Assembly: GCA_030141605.1 (NCBI GenBank)
Contig: JAQGDQ010000069.1
Location: 191,126 to 255,125, forward strand
From: Tubiluchus corallicola
Taxonomy: Eukaryota; Animalia; Priapulida
Direction of reading: 5' to 3'
DNA length: 64,000 nt
The notes beneath the pieces are model-generated. The model worked only from the letters and a program-made list of their open reading frames with translations, was not told where the DNA came from and searched no databases. Positions 36,365 through 48,984 of this stretch are shown in pieces. A program made the translations under genes and the position numbers. The first letter of the stretch is position 1. Every line of letters begins with the position of its first letter.

Positions 36365-37978
36365 TTAAAATGACTGTGCTCCAAAATAATCATATGCCTG
36401 GATCGTGTTTTTATAATGTGTAAGTAAAAGTTTGAGGAACAGGAGTTTGAACAATAAACTTCCTGCGTTACTGATGGTGGCTGTACTTGCACTTCGTACA
36501 GGGACATGTAGGGAGTGACGCGTTCCGTCACAGTTAAAATCCGAAAGCTTTAACTGCTCATTGGATATGCGAGGTTCCCAACAGTCTACAGATGATTTGC
36601 TCCATTTCATTTTCTTTGTCCAAACTGCAGTGCAATCGCAATTTAGTCGACTTCGCAATAATTTAAAAATCACTGTGCTGGGATTAACCCTTTGGTGCAG
36701 GACAGGTGCCATCATGTTGCGTATTTTTGTTCCATTAAAACTGATGGAGTGAATTGAAGGATTTTTGGAGAGATCCAAGTTAGCTATCATCAGTTTTTCA
36801 CAGTCAATAAAGGCTATTGTCTGCAAACTCTCTATGTGGTGAAATGCTTCTTTATGGATTAATTGTAATCGTGTCATGTTTTCCATTCGTAAGTTTACAA
36901 TAGAACCTTGTATGTCATCTCTTCCGACAAAATTCAGTAGACTATTCATTATCAGCAACGTTTCCACATGTTTTCCTTTCAGAAACGCTTGTGGCAACTG
37001 TGAATCTTTGTAAAACTGTATCTCTAATATGATATCAGCAGTGTCTGGCAACGATTTTGAAATGATATCTAGTGTTGTGAAACCCAGATCCATTCGGTTG
37101 CTACCACATGTCAGGGTGTCGACCATAAAAGCACAACCATAACTTTCAGCTGTTTTGTAAAGCTCGTTTTTTGTGGTTGTTTCGGTTGTAGTGACGACAG
37201 CTGAAGGACAAATATCCATTAAGGTATGATTTGTTGTCTTTTTCAGAAAATCAATTCCCATATTAGGTTGGTGTCTACATTCTAGTATACTGTGACGATT
37301 CCTCATTTCGATAATCTTCATCCAGGCTGTTTTACAGTCACAGGTTAAAGGATTTTCAACAATTTTAATCATCAAGTTCTCGAATGGATCATTTTCTGCA
37401 TGAAATTTTGGCATATCCATTGTAGTGATGCCTGTTTCGACTATCCCCAATGAGCGAAACCTTGGACAGTCATTCAAATCTAGATGCAGCTTTTTCAAGT
37501 TTTCACAATAGTGGAGCACAATTGTATTCAAATTGTTCAAGTTACTGAAAGCCTGGTGGTGAATAAATGCCAAATTTTTAGCGTTAAATATTTTAAAACT
37601 TTCGACACCCATAGCACTGAGAAAGTTTTTCTCAATTTTGAGCAGACTGTTAGCATGCCATATCTCGATTTGTGAAACATCTGTGCCTTGTAGAAAGTCC
37701 AAAGGCAGAGCATCATCTACGTAATTCGACACAGAAATAACCATTACCTTCGCGCTAATATTAGATATTATTGCTCTCTTCAGTTCCTCCATAATCGGTT
37801 TGTTAGTCATTTGGAAAAGATCACCACAATGTATGGCAAAATTCTGAATACCTCTGATTGGCTTGGACCTCTTTATTGAACAGGATTGAATGAAAGGGTC
37901 ACCTTCTCTGCAAAGACCAGGTGTTGTTAACGTAATGAATATGACGCCAAGTTTTGCAGCGTAAAAGTTTTGCAACAT
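36365..37978 (-). CDS. Intronless cell-surface LRR protein with two tandem LRR+LRRCT modules, 537 aa
   Basis: 1614-nt ORF with an N-terminal hydrophobic signal-like segment, module 1 ending NPLTCDCKTAW, a Thr-rich linker VVTTTETTT, module 2 ending RLNCDCTAVW, and a C-terminal hydrophobic segment LLFKLLFLKLLL. Confidence 0.9.
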   Translation of the reverse strand: MLQNFYAAKLGVIFITLTTPGLCREGDPFIQSCSIKRSKPIRGIQNFAIHCGDLFQMTNKPIMEELKRAIISNISAKVMVISVSNYVDDALPLDFLQGTDVSQIEIWHANSLLKIEKNFLSAMGVESFKIFNAKNLAFIHHQAFSNLNNLNTIVLHYCENLKKLHLDLNDCPRFRSLGIVETGITTMDMPKFHAENDPFENLMIKIVENPLTCDCKTAWMKIIEMRNRHSILECRHQPNMGIDFLKKTTNHTLMDICPSAVVTTTETTTKNELYKTAESYGCAFMVDTLTCGSNRMDLGFTTLDIISKSLPDTADIILEIQFYKDSQLPQAFLKGKHVETLLIMNSLLNFVGRDDIQGSIVNLRMENMTRLQLIHKEAFHHIESLQTIAFIDCEKLMIANLDLSKNPSIHSISFNGTKIRNMMAPVLHQRVNPSTVIFKLLRSRLNCDCTAVWTKKMKWSKSSVDCWEPRISNEQLKLSDFNCDGTRHSLHVPVRSASTATISNAGSLLFKLLFLKLLLTHYKNTIQAYDYFGAQSF

Positions 37979-39189
37979 TATTATGCTGTTACACTTGAAA
38001 AGTCGTGTCAGAAGAGCTCGACTTTCCTAGTTGAGAATAAATAGCTCAAGCCCTGAAAGCGTCACAAAACTGCCAGTATAAATGAAAATGCTACTCAGAA
38101 TATGGCTGTTATGTTACCAACGATACAATTATTCATATGTTGCTACGTTGCTCGTTGCTTCTTTGGCAACATCTTAAATGCTGAAAAACGAAAGGTCTAA
38201 TGGCGTGTTCAGATGTAGAGAGTAAAGTTGCAACGTGTGAATACCTTGGCAACTTCTTTCCGACAAAAGTTGCACAAGTTGCGAAAGAAGTCTCTACGTC
38301 TGAACGCGGCATCATATTTGCATCGTGAGAAACCACTCTCAGGTACCATATCAACTGTTTCACTATATAATTAAAAATAGGCGGGGAAATTCCGAACATA
38401 GGACTGCTATCAACTATCAAGACACTACCATGCTCTAGGCTGATACAGTTCAGTCCCAGCCGTCTCTGTTTTAGATTTACAGTTGCTTATGTGAGAAGCA
38501 TAATGCACAAACTCAAAACATGAGGAAGATAGAAGGAAGTACATAATTGTCATTTTGTATTGAAAATTAACACAATCAATGTTTTATGGTAAGCTCATAA
38601 ATCTCAAGGCATTATAAACGTAATTTAATTATTTTTATTTCAAAATAAAAATGAAAACAAAATGAAGCATTGCGAAAAATCACTAAAAAATGTGTTATGA
38701 AGGAACTACAAGAGTCTCTTTCATCTAGGCCTTATTCCAGCCAAAGTAATCTTACTATAATCCACCTCAGTAGCCATGCTCAATGGAGAGCAAAGCTAAC
38801 CCAGGCAATCTAGTCTCGCCCGCTGCAGAATAAAGGTATAACTTTATCTCTTTCAGCCGACTAAAGAATCATTCAGCAACCGCACAAGTGAACTACAGTA
38901 TTAAAACTATGTTCGCGCCTTTGGAGGCGGTCCTTCTAGCATTTTTTTTTATTCAGTTCAATGTAAAATTTTGGGGAGTAAATAAATCACCGTTATTATA
39001 CAATGAAGTATCTTTAAGGTCGGCTTTAAAGATTTTTGAATCATTGCAAAACACGACACAGTGGGTAATTCAGTCTTGATCCTTGCCGCAGTGCCGATCA
39101 CTCAGTAGGAACGACTGCAGGATCTATACACTATAATTATGCAGCTTCACATTTTTCAAAATTCTATGATGGGCACTGCAGACCCCTTA

Positions 39190-39440
39190 ACTACAACATT
39201 CGTATTGCATATAAGTCTCCAGCATCATAATATGGATAGGATATGTTATACGTCTACCAAATGACAGCCGATTAAAACAGCTTTCAAAGATGCACTGCAG
39301 AAAGAAAAGAAACCACATGGAGATAAGCTGCTGACTTACATTAATTTCATCCAGGTGACAGGGCAGGGCAGACTGAGTAGGATGGTCTGAAATGACTGCA
39401 AGGGTCATGCCAGACGTGTGAATCCAGAAATGAATGATGA
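39190..39440 (+). mobile_element. Degenerate non-LTR retrotransposon 3' fragment (RTE-like)
   Basis: Translates to IWIGYVIRLPNDSRLKQL, resembling the RWxGHVxRMxxxRxPKQL motif found after the RT domain of RTE-type LINEs. Confidence 0.45.
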
Positions 39441-40662
39441 AAATGATCTCGGCATCATTTCCTGAACAATTACTTGACTTAAACAACTGCAAACAGATGT
39501 TCAGTTTTGTTTTAATGGGCATTACACATGGGGCACGTCAATTTACTTTTATATCCACTTCTAAATTTGCATGTCCATTCAAACATAATTCTGTGGATGT
39601 TCCCATTTGAAACCATTATCATTTTGTAATTGACGTCAACATAATGTCAATCATTTTCGTTGGCTGCCCAATCAGCGTGCAAGTTATTTCACACAACTGC
39701 AGAGCATAATTAAAGCAGGTAAGTTCGGAACATTTAGCTATAGCTCCGTCTAATACTGCTACGAAAAATGCTCAAATTTACATTAGTTAGCCTGGTTCAA
39801 GATTTTATTATTGTCAATTAAAATTGCAAGTGAATTAGTGGAACTGTATAGTCTAGTTTCGCTCATAGCAAGAAATGCACAACGCTTACGTCTATGAGTT
39901 GCCGATTAAACCATTTTGCAATCAAGAAAATATGCAGCTTACTTTAGTTTATGGCTTTGCAAGTTAGACAAAAAAACCTTTTTGGTTAACTTTAAATAAG
40001 GACAAAACAAAATGTTTTCTTTTCTGACCAGTTTTTATCAACCCCAATGAGATCTCCACAGTCAAAATTAATTCAAATGTGGTCAAAACCTATATTATAC
40101 GTCAATGTAGTATTAGCTATTTTACACTATTTTTCTGGTTATAATCATGGTTAAAAGATGCCATTGGGACTTGTGTGACTCGGGCACTCAATTAAGGATC
40201 GTTCACAGTCAAATTTATTTCATTTCCTTAGCCTAACAAACGGAAAAATACAAAAACTGAATAAATCTTGCAGACGAGCACATGATCAGTTAATATAGAA
40301 ATACATAGCAGGTTTGATTTGCGTATGTTTAAAGGCAAGAGAGACTTAATATTTTTGTTACTACATGTAATTTATTCTAAAGCAAGGGTGACTGGCTTAA
40401 TTTCTTTATTATATTTATGTCTCTGTATTTTATAGTTCTTCGAAACTTTGTCTCTATATTCTATTTCAAATGAAGATTTTTTGGCTACTTGAAGTGATAA
40501 TTTAGTGCTAAAATAGCTGCTGCTCTGCAAATTTGTGTTTATGAAAAAGAGCAATCAGTTTATCTGCTAATTAGACATTAGTAGTGACTGTCACGTTGTT
40601 TAGTTTAGCTTAGACAGTTGTCCAGGGTGAGCTGTTGTCCCGAATGCTTCTGAGCCTGCTTA

Positions 40663-40839
40663 CGTTGCAGCGGGGAGGAACGATAGACCAATATGTTTGA
40701 CGTCAATTAGCTGCCCGTTATATCGCTAGGCTCGAAATTATATTGCTAAGCAAACTCTCTCCTTTGTTTATTCCTCATACTATTAGAATTTATAGTCAAC
40801 AAATGAACTCGTTTATCTGTTTCTTCGTGGTAATCAACA
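40663..40839. mobile_element. Probable solo LTR, 177 bp
   Basis: Termini cgttg...caaca (TGTTG...CAACA with one substitution), flanked by a 4-bp direct repeat ctta at 40659-40662 and 40840-40843. Confidence 0.5.
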
Positions 40840-41752
40840 CTTAAATGTAGCTGTTAATGTTCAAGTATTTCAACTTGTACAGAAATTTGTATATCTTATT
40901 AAGCGCTTCTAACCATTGTATTAGTTTTTATTGATTACATAGTAATGTTATTCTCAACATTACGGTATGCTTGTGTCTATATTGCTAGTAGTCATAATGT
41001 TATGTTACGTTTCACTGGGGAGAACATTTATCAGTTGCTAAACTTGTATTCAATAAAAATATGTTTAAACTAACATATGTGGATTTGAATTAATTTTCAG
41101 TACTGACTCATCTCATTCACTGTAATGATTCACACCTAATTCAGAAATGTAATTTTACTTTTTAAATTCAGCACATTTCAGAAATCTAAATTTGGTCGTA
41201 AACATGCAGTGTAGTGCAACTTTACAAATTTTGTGCTTGGGCTTTGTGCAGTAAACTTTTTCTGTGCATAAAATTATTTTCAACAATTATTTATATCAAC
41301 GTCACTAAGTCAGTTAATATTTATTTCTGGTTAACTGCGCTTATTCAAAAAAAGCTGACACACTGCAAGACAATAAACGTTTTGAATGACTGATTGACAA
41401 CAAATATTTTCCCTGGAATATAATACATAAAATTCTGGTTTATGTTTTTTATTGTGATAGTTTCTTTATTAACATTATTGTAACCACAGAATTTTTACTT
41501 GATACACAAAATTCAAAACGAATACCAACATGTTTCTTGGTAATTTCAGGTTATTTTATACATCCCATGTTTAGTAGTCTACGTATTACATGTATTCACA
41601 AAAACTGACATTTTCTGACAGCCATCCTTACTAATAATAATTATTATGACACAGCAACCTGTCAGTTTGAAGGTATTCAAACAAGATGATTGTATTTATA
41701 CAGTAAAACTTTAATTAAGCACAGTTCATGAATGTAAAGGTACATTATAATT

Positions 41753-41773
41753 TATATATATATATATATATAT
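41753..41773. repeat. (TA)n microsatellite
   Basis: Directly visible TA run. Confidence 0.85.
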
Positions 41774-43612
41774 AACTGTTATAAATAGTATATTTTTAGG
41801 AAGGAATATGCAGAATTTCTTTCAAATGACAACTAACTCTTCCCAATTTCATTTTGGAAACATATCACTTTTCGATAATTTCATAAACTTGTACTTGTAG
41901 TAGACATGCTAACACCCGTAGTTGAACAAACAAAGGCGGTAAACAGCTTTAGTAGTAAACAAACCAGCCTATTTCTAGATGGCAAAATACAAATGATTTG
42001 TGGCATGTAAAACAAATTTAGCAGTTCTATTTTGCCTTCTAATTTCTAAAGCAGTTTATCTGAAGTGTATTTGTATCACATTTCCTTGTTAACTTAATGG
42101 AATGTAGCGCGATCTTTCTGTATAATTATTAGCCATTTCAGCAAGAAGATTAATTTCCAAACTTAATCCCAATCGGAATGCACTGAAGTAATATAGTGAG
42201 CTATAAACATACATTATCAATCATTCCACAGATGCTAAATTTCAATTTCTGTTGCATTAAACCACTCGTCCATTGCCTGCAATCTTTTATTCTAACCATT
42301 TTATTCTAATCACAATTATTCTAACTATAAAACACTTGATAAAAACTAAATATACATTAAAAATGCTAAAACAATGAATTTGGAAGAAACTTAATTGGGA
42401 AATCTTGAAAAAGAAGGATTTAGTTAGTGTGTTCTACACAATCTGAGAGAGTGTTCCAAGAATGCTAAATGATACCAGCATTTAGCAAATAACAGCCTAC
42501 GGAAATTTACAACTAAGAGCACGTACTAAAAGATATCACATTCTATCTAATATCTGTTTCTAAAATTATTTTTTCTAACAATAGTTTAGTAATAATTCAT
42601 ACATGGTTAGCATATGCAAACTAGTATCACCCTCTTTTTAGGACACCTCTATCATAAAATGCTCCTGTACGGTAGAACAAGAAAAACTTTACTGGGAAAA
42701 CATGATAAACTTGTCAAGAAACCAGGAAAAGTATTTAAAATGTTTTTCAGAACTAAGGCAAAAATGACCATTACATTTTGATAAAAACTGCATAGAAATT
42801 AAACAAAAAAGATAATTATCACAAACAATGCTAGCACACTGGAAGCCTGTATGTAGTGACAAATTCTGGGCAGTTTTTTCACTCTATATACAACTGCATG
42901 GTAAAGTAAATTTAATCTTATAGTAATCTATTGTGCTGTAGTAAAAAAGTTCTTTGCACGTAAACAGCACCCAGCTCTCTAATGGATAAATTTTTCAGTA
43001 AAAACCAACAGAAGCAGATACTGTTAAAAGCTAATACAAAACAGATATATGTAGATATTATAATGTAAGACAATATAATGTATTTCCAACACTAGTTCGG
43101 CAACTTGAAATTATCCTAGACAGACATCCATTTATTTCTCCTATAGAAGTTACATGACACTAATTGGTAGTGGCGAGACCGACTGATTTTACAGTTGAAT
43201 GATTTAATACATCATGATCTATTTACTTTTACTTCCGACAATTGGTTATTTTTCAGCCAACAATGTAATACGAATACCATTATAAACTTATTTTTTGGTC
43301 TTACAAAAATAACACGATACAAATTAAATGGCTGTCATTGTAGAGCTACCATTGTGTAATAACTTAACAATGACATCGCCACTTAGAAGTGAAGGTTTCT
43401 CATATCCACGAACTTTCCATTTTCACATGTTCTTTCTTTTTCCTAACACAGCATCACAACTGATTACAACCGATTGACAAATTTATTTCGTATGCAATTA
43501 ATCCATTCGAAAATCCAGCCGAAACCCTACTACTACTAAATATAGACCAGGTTTACTTGTCGATTCCAGTCTATTCCATCAGCTGTTAAACTAAGATGTG
43601 TTTCAATTTACA

Positions 43613-46600
43613 TTAAGGTAACAAGCTATTATACACTTTATTTGCCTGATCACTAACTTCAATATTTTCATTTTTGGACAAGATGTATAACTGCTTAAAT
43701 AGCTGTGGCGCAGTTTCCATGCCGTATAAACGATTATAGAGTGTATTTCCCGTCACCGACATTAAATCATTCAAATCTTTGGCGGATGAGACTCTAGATA
43801 TACTTAGCATGTCAGTTAAGTTGCCAAGAAAACACAGAAAGCGGATAAGAAAATCAGTGTCTGCGTCCGGAAGAAGAAAAGTATCAAAATTCTTTGGTGC
43901 CTGAAACACAGGTAAGAAATGAAAGAAGAAAAGGAAAACAATAAATAATATTTATCAAGTTCAAACATAAATGAGTGTTTGTATCTGCAAAATTAATTAT
44001 ACTATGTATGTAGCACAGCATAAAATTACAATTTTACAAAATAAGTGTGTCATTCATTAAATGACAAATAATTACCATTTGTGCTAATAGGTGGTGCACC
44101 ATATCCACATTACATGACAAGTTGACTAGTAGTTTCATTGTTTGAAGTTTGACATCGTGCAAATCAGAATCCAGAAAACCAAACAGGCTTTCCAAGCCAT
44201 GGACATAGCTGCCATGCCATTGGTCAGTTACTGACAGGTTGGTCAAACATCTTAGGGACACTAACAAAACACTGTGTGAAGTTTCTTCTTCGCTAACTAA
44301 ATCAAACAACACAGGCAGTGCTTCCTAAGAGAAGAAAACTTAGAAATTTAGAATCACGTCATTTTAAATCACTAACAGCAATGAATTCTGTCGGAATTTT
44401 TATCAACAATTCATTAACATACTGCATTGTAACAGCAAACATGTTGCGAATAAACTAATTACATTGATTGTATTTAGCTATTTAATACAGCTCAGAAGCT
44501 TTTTCTTAGTCTAAGGTATGTTAAACAAAAGTTGCCAGACCATTCAAATTTTTTTTGGCACATATTACGAGTTTAGGTGAATAACACCAAAAAAAAACCT
44601 TGGTAAAGTCTCACCATTTTTAGCATTTACATCAGGGACACTTATTGTTAAATAAATGACATGATTAAGAATGTAGATAGCAATACAGCAAGTGAACATT
44701 ACCTTGCAACAATCACACAACACAGCTGCCAAGCGAGCCAGTAAAATGTATAAAACTTTTAGTGAGTAAAAAATAAAAATAAAATAAAAAATATTTGTAA
44801 GTGTAAACCTTAAGAAAAAAATGAATACACGAATACAAATAAGATTGAATCATTTATATTTATAATAAGCGAAACCATTATGGAAATAGTGACTATACAA
44901 TTTAATGTGCTTCATGTATAACAATCCTATTCTATTCTATTCTAATTAATAGTCTGCATATATTTTTGGCTGGTACAGTTAAAAGTGTACCAGTTTCCAG
45001 ATTGACAAGTTGTTAACCTGTTAAGATGAATATACCTTCAAAAGTAATTGGTTCTTATCATTCACTGACATATTAGCAATAGCATTCCCACAGGCGGCTT
45101 GGACAAGACTGTTGTTCCTTTGCAGAAGCTCCACCAAAATCGGTAGACATCCAGCATCGCGCAAGTAATTCTACAAGAAATACCACACAATTTACATCAA
45201 AATAGTAAATTCATTAAATTGTAAGAATAATATGCAACTTATAATTGCTAAAAGCGAATGCTTTTTTTCTGGGTCCCCGCAAGATCAATAAAAAAATGGC
45301 GGAACAGATATAATTTATGAACAAGAGAGATTTTGTGAAAGATAAAAATTAGTCCTGTTCCTCAAAGGATTTTTTTTGAAACAAGTAATAACTATAGCAT
45401 GCCATTAGAAAAACTGTTAGCTACAGCATATTAAAAGAAAGACAGAAATGTAATTAGTTGATTACAATAAAGTACTGGCAATCTTATGTTGTCACTGTTA
45501 CATCTCTGTGGTTTCATGCTTATGACAAGGCATCACTTGAACTAGAATGCAGACACTAATGTACTTGAATTGGGCACATGACAATTGCTCTTTTTTTGTA
45601 AGTTAATGGTTTCCATAAGAAAATCATGTGTGAAATATTTGCCGAAGAACACACTTTTCATAAAAAAATGCAGCAATACAGAATGTTGGGGCCAATCCAT
45701 TTATGCATTAGATTGAAAGAAGCCCAAGAATGTGACAATGTGTCGTCCGTAGTATCTTCATGCAAAATTTCAGACCTCTACAATGAAAACTGTGGCTTGC
45801 GATAGCTTTTAAAGGTAAATGTGACAACAACACCAACAACAACAACATGAGAAAGCCTTATGCACTTTGTGTTGAATCCAAAAACACTGTTTATACAGAC
45901 AAAATGAAACATGACTAGAAATTAAAGATTCATCTTATTGGCAACAACTCACTTGATTCACAGTAAAAGCTGCTGCATTAGCAATCGTCGTCAAAGTTCT
46001 GCACAAGAGGGCGTCATCTTTCGTGCAAAGATACGAAACAAGGTTCTGCGCTTCACTAGGATACAGTAACCTAAAAGCAGAACAGTGACTAATTAACCAA
46101 AAATTATAAGTGTGTGGCATACTGTAATGTACGTCAGCGGTAAAACGTTGTTTTAAATCATAGAAAATGTGAACAATAATTACTATTCATTATTGTTCCA
46201 CAAAGCATGATGAAATAAAATTAAAGATACACCAAGAAAAACTTCACAGACTGAACAGTTGTAATTTACTGTGTTGTGTAGTAACTTGTATTGCGGTTCA
46301 TCTTATGGCAGTAAAAAAGTTCAAAGTTCAATGCTGGTCAGTCTCAACACTTAAGACTAAAAAAGTCAATGAAATGTAAATGAAAGATGTCTTCTTCTTG
46401 CTCACATTAGACCTCCACATATCACAAACTGTGATATCACATATCACATACCATTTAACAAGGCTAAAATTGAGTGCAGTTTGTGTATTACAGTTAAGGA
46501 TGACAAATGAACTTTGTGTTTTGCTGTGTTTTTGCTTGTTACTAACCAGTTACTGTGAAAAGTACTTCAAATTAATTCTGGCAACTGATAATCCATTCTT

Positions 46601-48884
46601 TCTCACCATAACTGTAAATTTTGGGCTGCATACATGTGCTTGCTTCAGAAATCCATGTTTTAGTTCTTCTGCATGAATTTGTTAGCCTACTACTTTTTCG
46701 AGCCTTACTGAATTAATAATTTTTGTATTTTCTACAGTTAGTTGTTTACAAGATAAAAATAAATTACACTTAAACAGAGGGCAGTTTAACAGGTCATAAG
46801 TTAACACATGTTTGACAAAAATAAACATAAAATAAGTTTAAACACATTAAAGTAAAGTCATTTGACATTGCAAAATTGTATGTGAACATTTCCTACCTAT
46901 TTGAGTTTGAAAAACTCGTCTGTAAGCTTTTCTTTAGATCTACATCTGAGATGGAAAATTTTACTGGCTGCTTTTCTGTGGAATTCTGGCTTTGAAGTCT
47001 ATCGTAAGAAGCAGCTGACTCCGGTGTTGCCTCACTAACTGCCTCTTTCTTTGGACTGTCTTCCACAAAAGATTTGGCAGAATGGAAAGACCCGGAACTG
47101 CTTGACCGCTCTCCTGCTTTGTTTGTAGCAAACACCTGTGCCTTCTTTTTTCTTAAAGAATTTTGTCGTGAAGTTGTGACATCTGTGTCATTCTCTCTAT
47201 TGCCAGGTGAAAATTGACAGCTATCGTTACCGTTTTCTACAGGTGATCGCTCAGGAGGATATTTTCCTAAACCATTTGTTAACAAGAAGTTCTGTGCGAG
47301 TTCGGTCAATGGTGAATTTGAAGTTGTTTTGTCTGAACTATAAGTTTTGCGTGACAAGGCAGGTGATGTTGTCATCACTAACTGACTGTTGTCATGTAAA
47401 CTGTTCTTGTCATATGCTCCATCTGGTGAGTCATTTTCATGGAGTCTCAGTGTTTCATTCATCGTTTCTGGTGATTTAAGTGAGGATTCTCGTAATGATG
47501 AATTGGTTTCTGACACAGAATAAGAGCCTTGTGAGGAATGTTTTGGTGAAAAACTTTTTCCTGGCGAACCATTTCTTATCACGTCTTTTCTCTCAGAAGG
47601 CCTGCAAAGTTTATAATAATAATAATTAATTTAATGGGAATGGCGGAGAATATTAAATAGTAGGATTATTTTATTCAGCACCAATACTTTACAGTAAAAT
47701 TAAAGAGAACTGAAGTCAGAAGCCTTGATTATAAATTACTGACTGTTTTGTGTGTAACAAAAGCATTCTCTAACTACAGTACCAGTCCTTATATTATAAC
47801 ATAAGTGGCAAAGATAATTATTGTACAATTGCAATTGTTACTATACTTTTGCTGGCTAGTATTTACAATGTTTAAAAAACTAAAACTCTGCCCTCCAAGC
47901 CTTGTATCTAATGCTTGTTTTGGTATTGCATAGAACTGAAAGCAGACAACAAATAACATCATTCGTGACCTGCTTTGCTTTGCGAAATTGTTATTAGTCT
48001 ATTTTAACAGTTTAATGTAATGCATTCTTAAAAACTTACTTTTTGTACCAACAAACGCATAAAATAAAAACTATTGTAACAATATTTATTTGTGCAACTT
48101 GTGCCTTTGGTTTCCATAGTAAGTGAAACCTACATGAAAACTAAAAAACATTTCTAAACAAATGCACATCATTGACTACATAATTACCTGAAACTTGTTG
48201 GTTTGGTAATTTTAGTATTTACTACAGATGTGGCAGCATCAACACCACCATCGCTGTCTGCAGTAGCATCAATAAGACGATGAGCAGACGAAGAAACATG
48301 CATTTCTATGACTTCCTCTGAAAACAATCACTGCGGTGAGAATGACAAACATAATAAAAACAATCTGACTACATTGACATCAAGCCAGAAGACGCATGGT
48401 AAGTAACAGCTCTATGAATCTCTTAGAAAGTATTGTATATAATTTATAAGTGACTTTTCTTCCTAACAATTTCAAATTATTTGCTAACATTACCAAAAAT
48501 AGTTCATTAACATTAAATTTTAATAAGAGTTAGCACTATTCCGCAGACAATAGTTACTACTGCATACTGGACCTATTTTGAACTGGCATAATATACAACT
48601 TACAAGTGTTTTTCGGTTAGGATTTCGAAAAGCCTTAATCTGCGAATCATGAAAACTATGAACAAAAACCTTAGTTTTTAGAATAGAAATATCGGGACGC
48701 CAACCATTATAAAAAGTACCCCAAGTACTTATGTATCAAGACACACATTTATACCTGTATCCCAAGAATTAGTGTCAAAGCTGCACAACGTAGCTTGATA
48801 AATCTTGTAGCCAGCATAAGCAACACCGGCAAATAAAGCTGAACAAACAGCAATTTTTCGTAAAGCTTTACCATCGTCCGCCAT
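43613..48884 (-). CDS. ARMC10: ARMC10/ARMCX-like armadillo (Arm_2) protein with N-terminal membrane anchor, about 584 aa, 7 exons
   Basis: Phase-compatible exons 48884-48755 (TM: IAVCSALFAGVAYAGYKIY), 48317-48188, 47601-46897 (Ser-rich), 46070-45953 (LTTIANAAAFTVNQ), 45170-45036 (AIANMSVNDKNQ), 44324-44076 (LRCLTNLSV...KLQTMKLLVNLSCN) and 43900-43613. Total 1755 nt. NxAAFxxNQ, LTNLxV and LLxNLSxN are characteristic of the ARMC10/ARMCX Arm_2 domain. Confidence 0.85.
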
Positions 48885-48984
48885 ACTTTTAGCATAATGC
48901 TTTTGACAAAAAGTTAGACGCGGCGGCACGGTCACAATACAGTAACTTCTCACAGAGTGCAGTACTTCGTAAAACAGCAAATCC

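Noticed and set aside
48110-48123. X-box-like gtttccatagtaag (RFX site)
   Set aside because: A single imperfect site in an ARMC10-like intron, far from the ciliary gene GAS8, and expected by chance.
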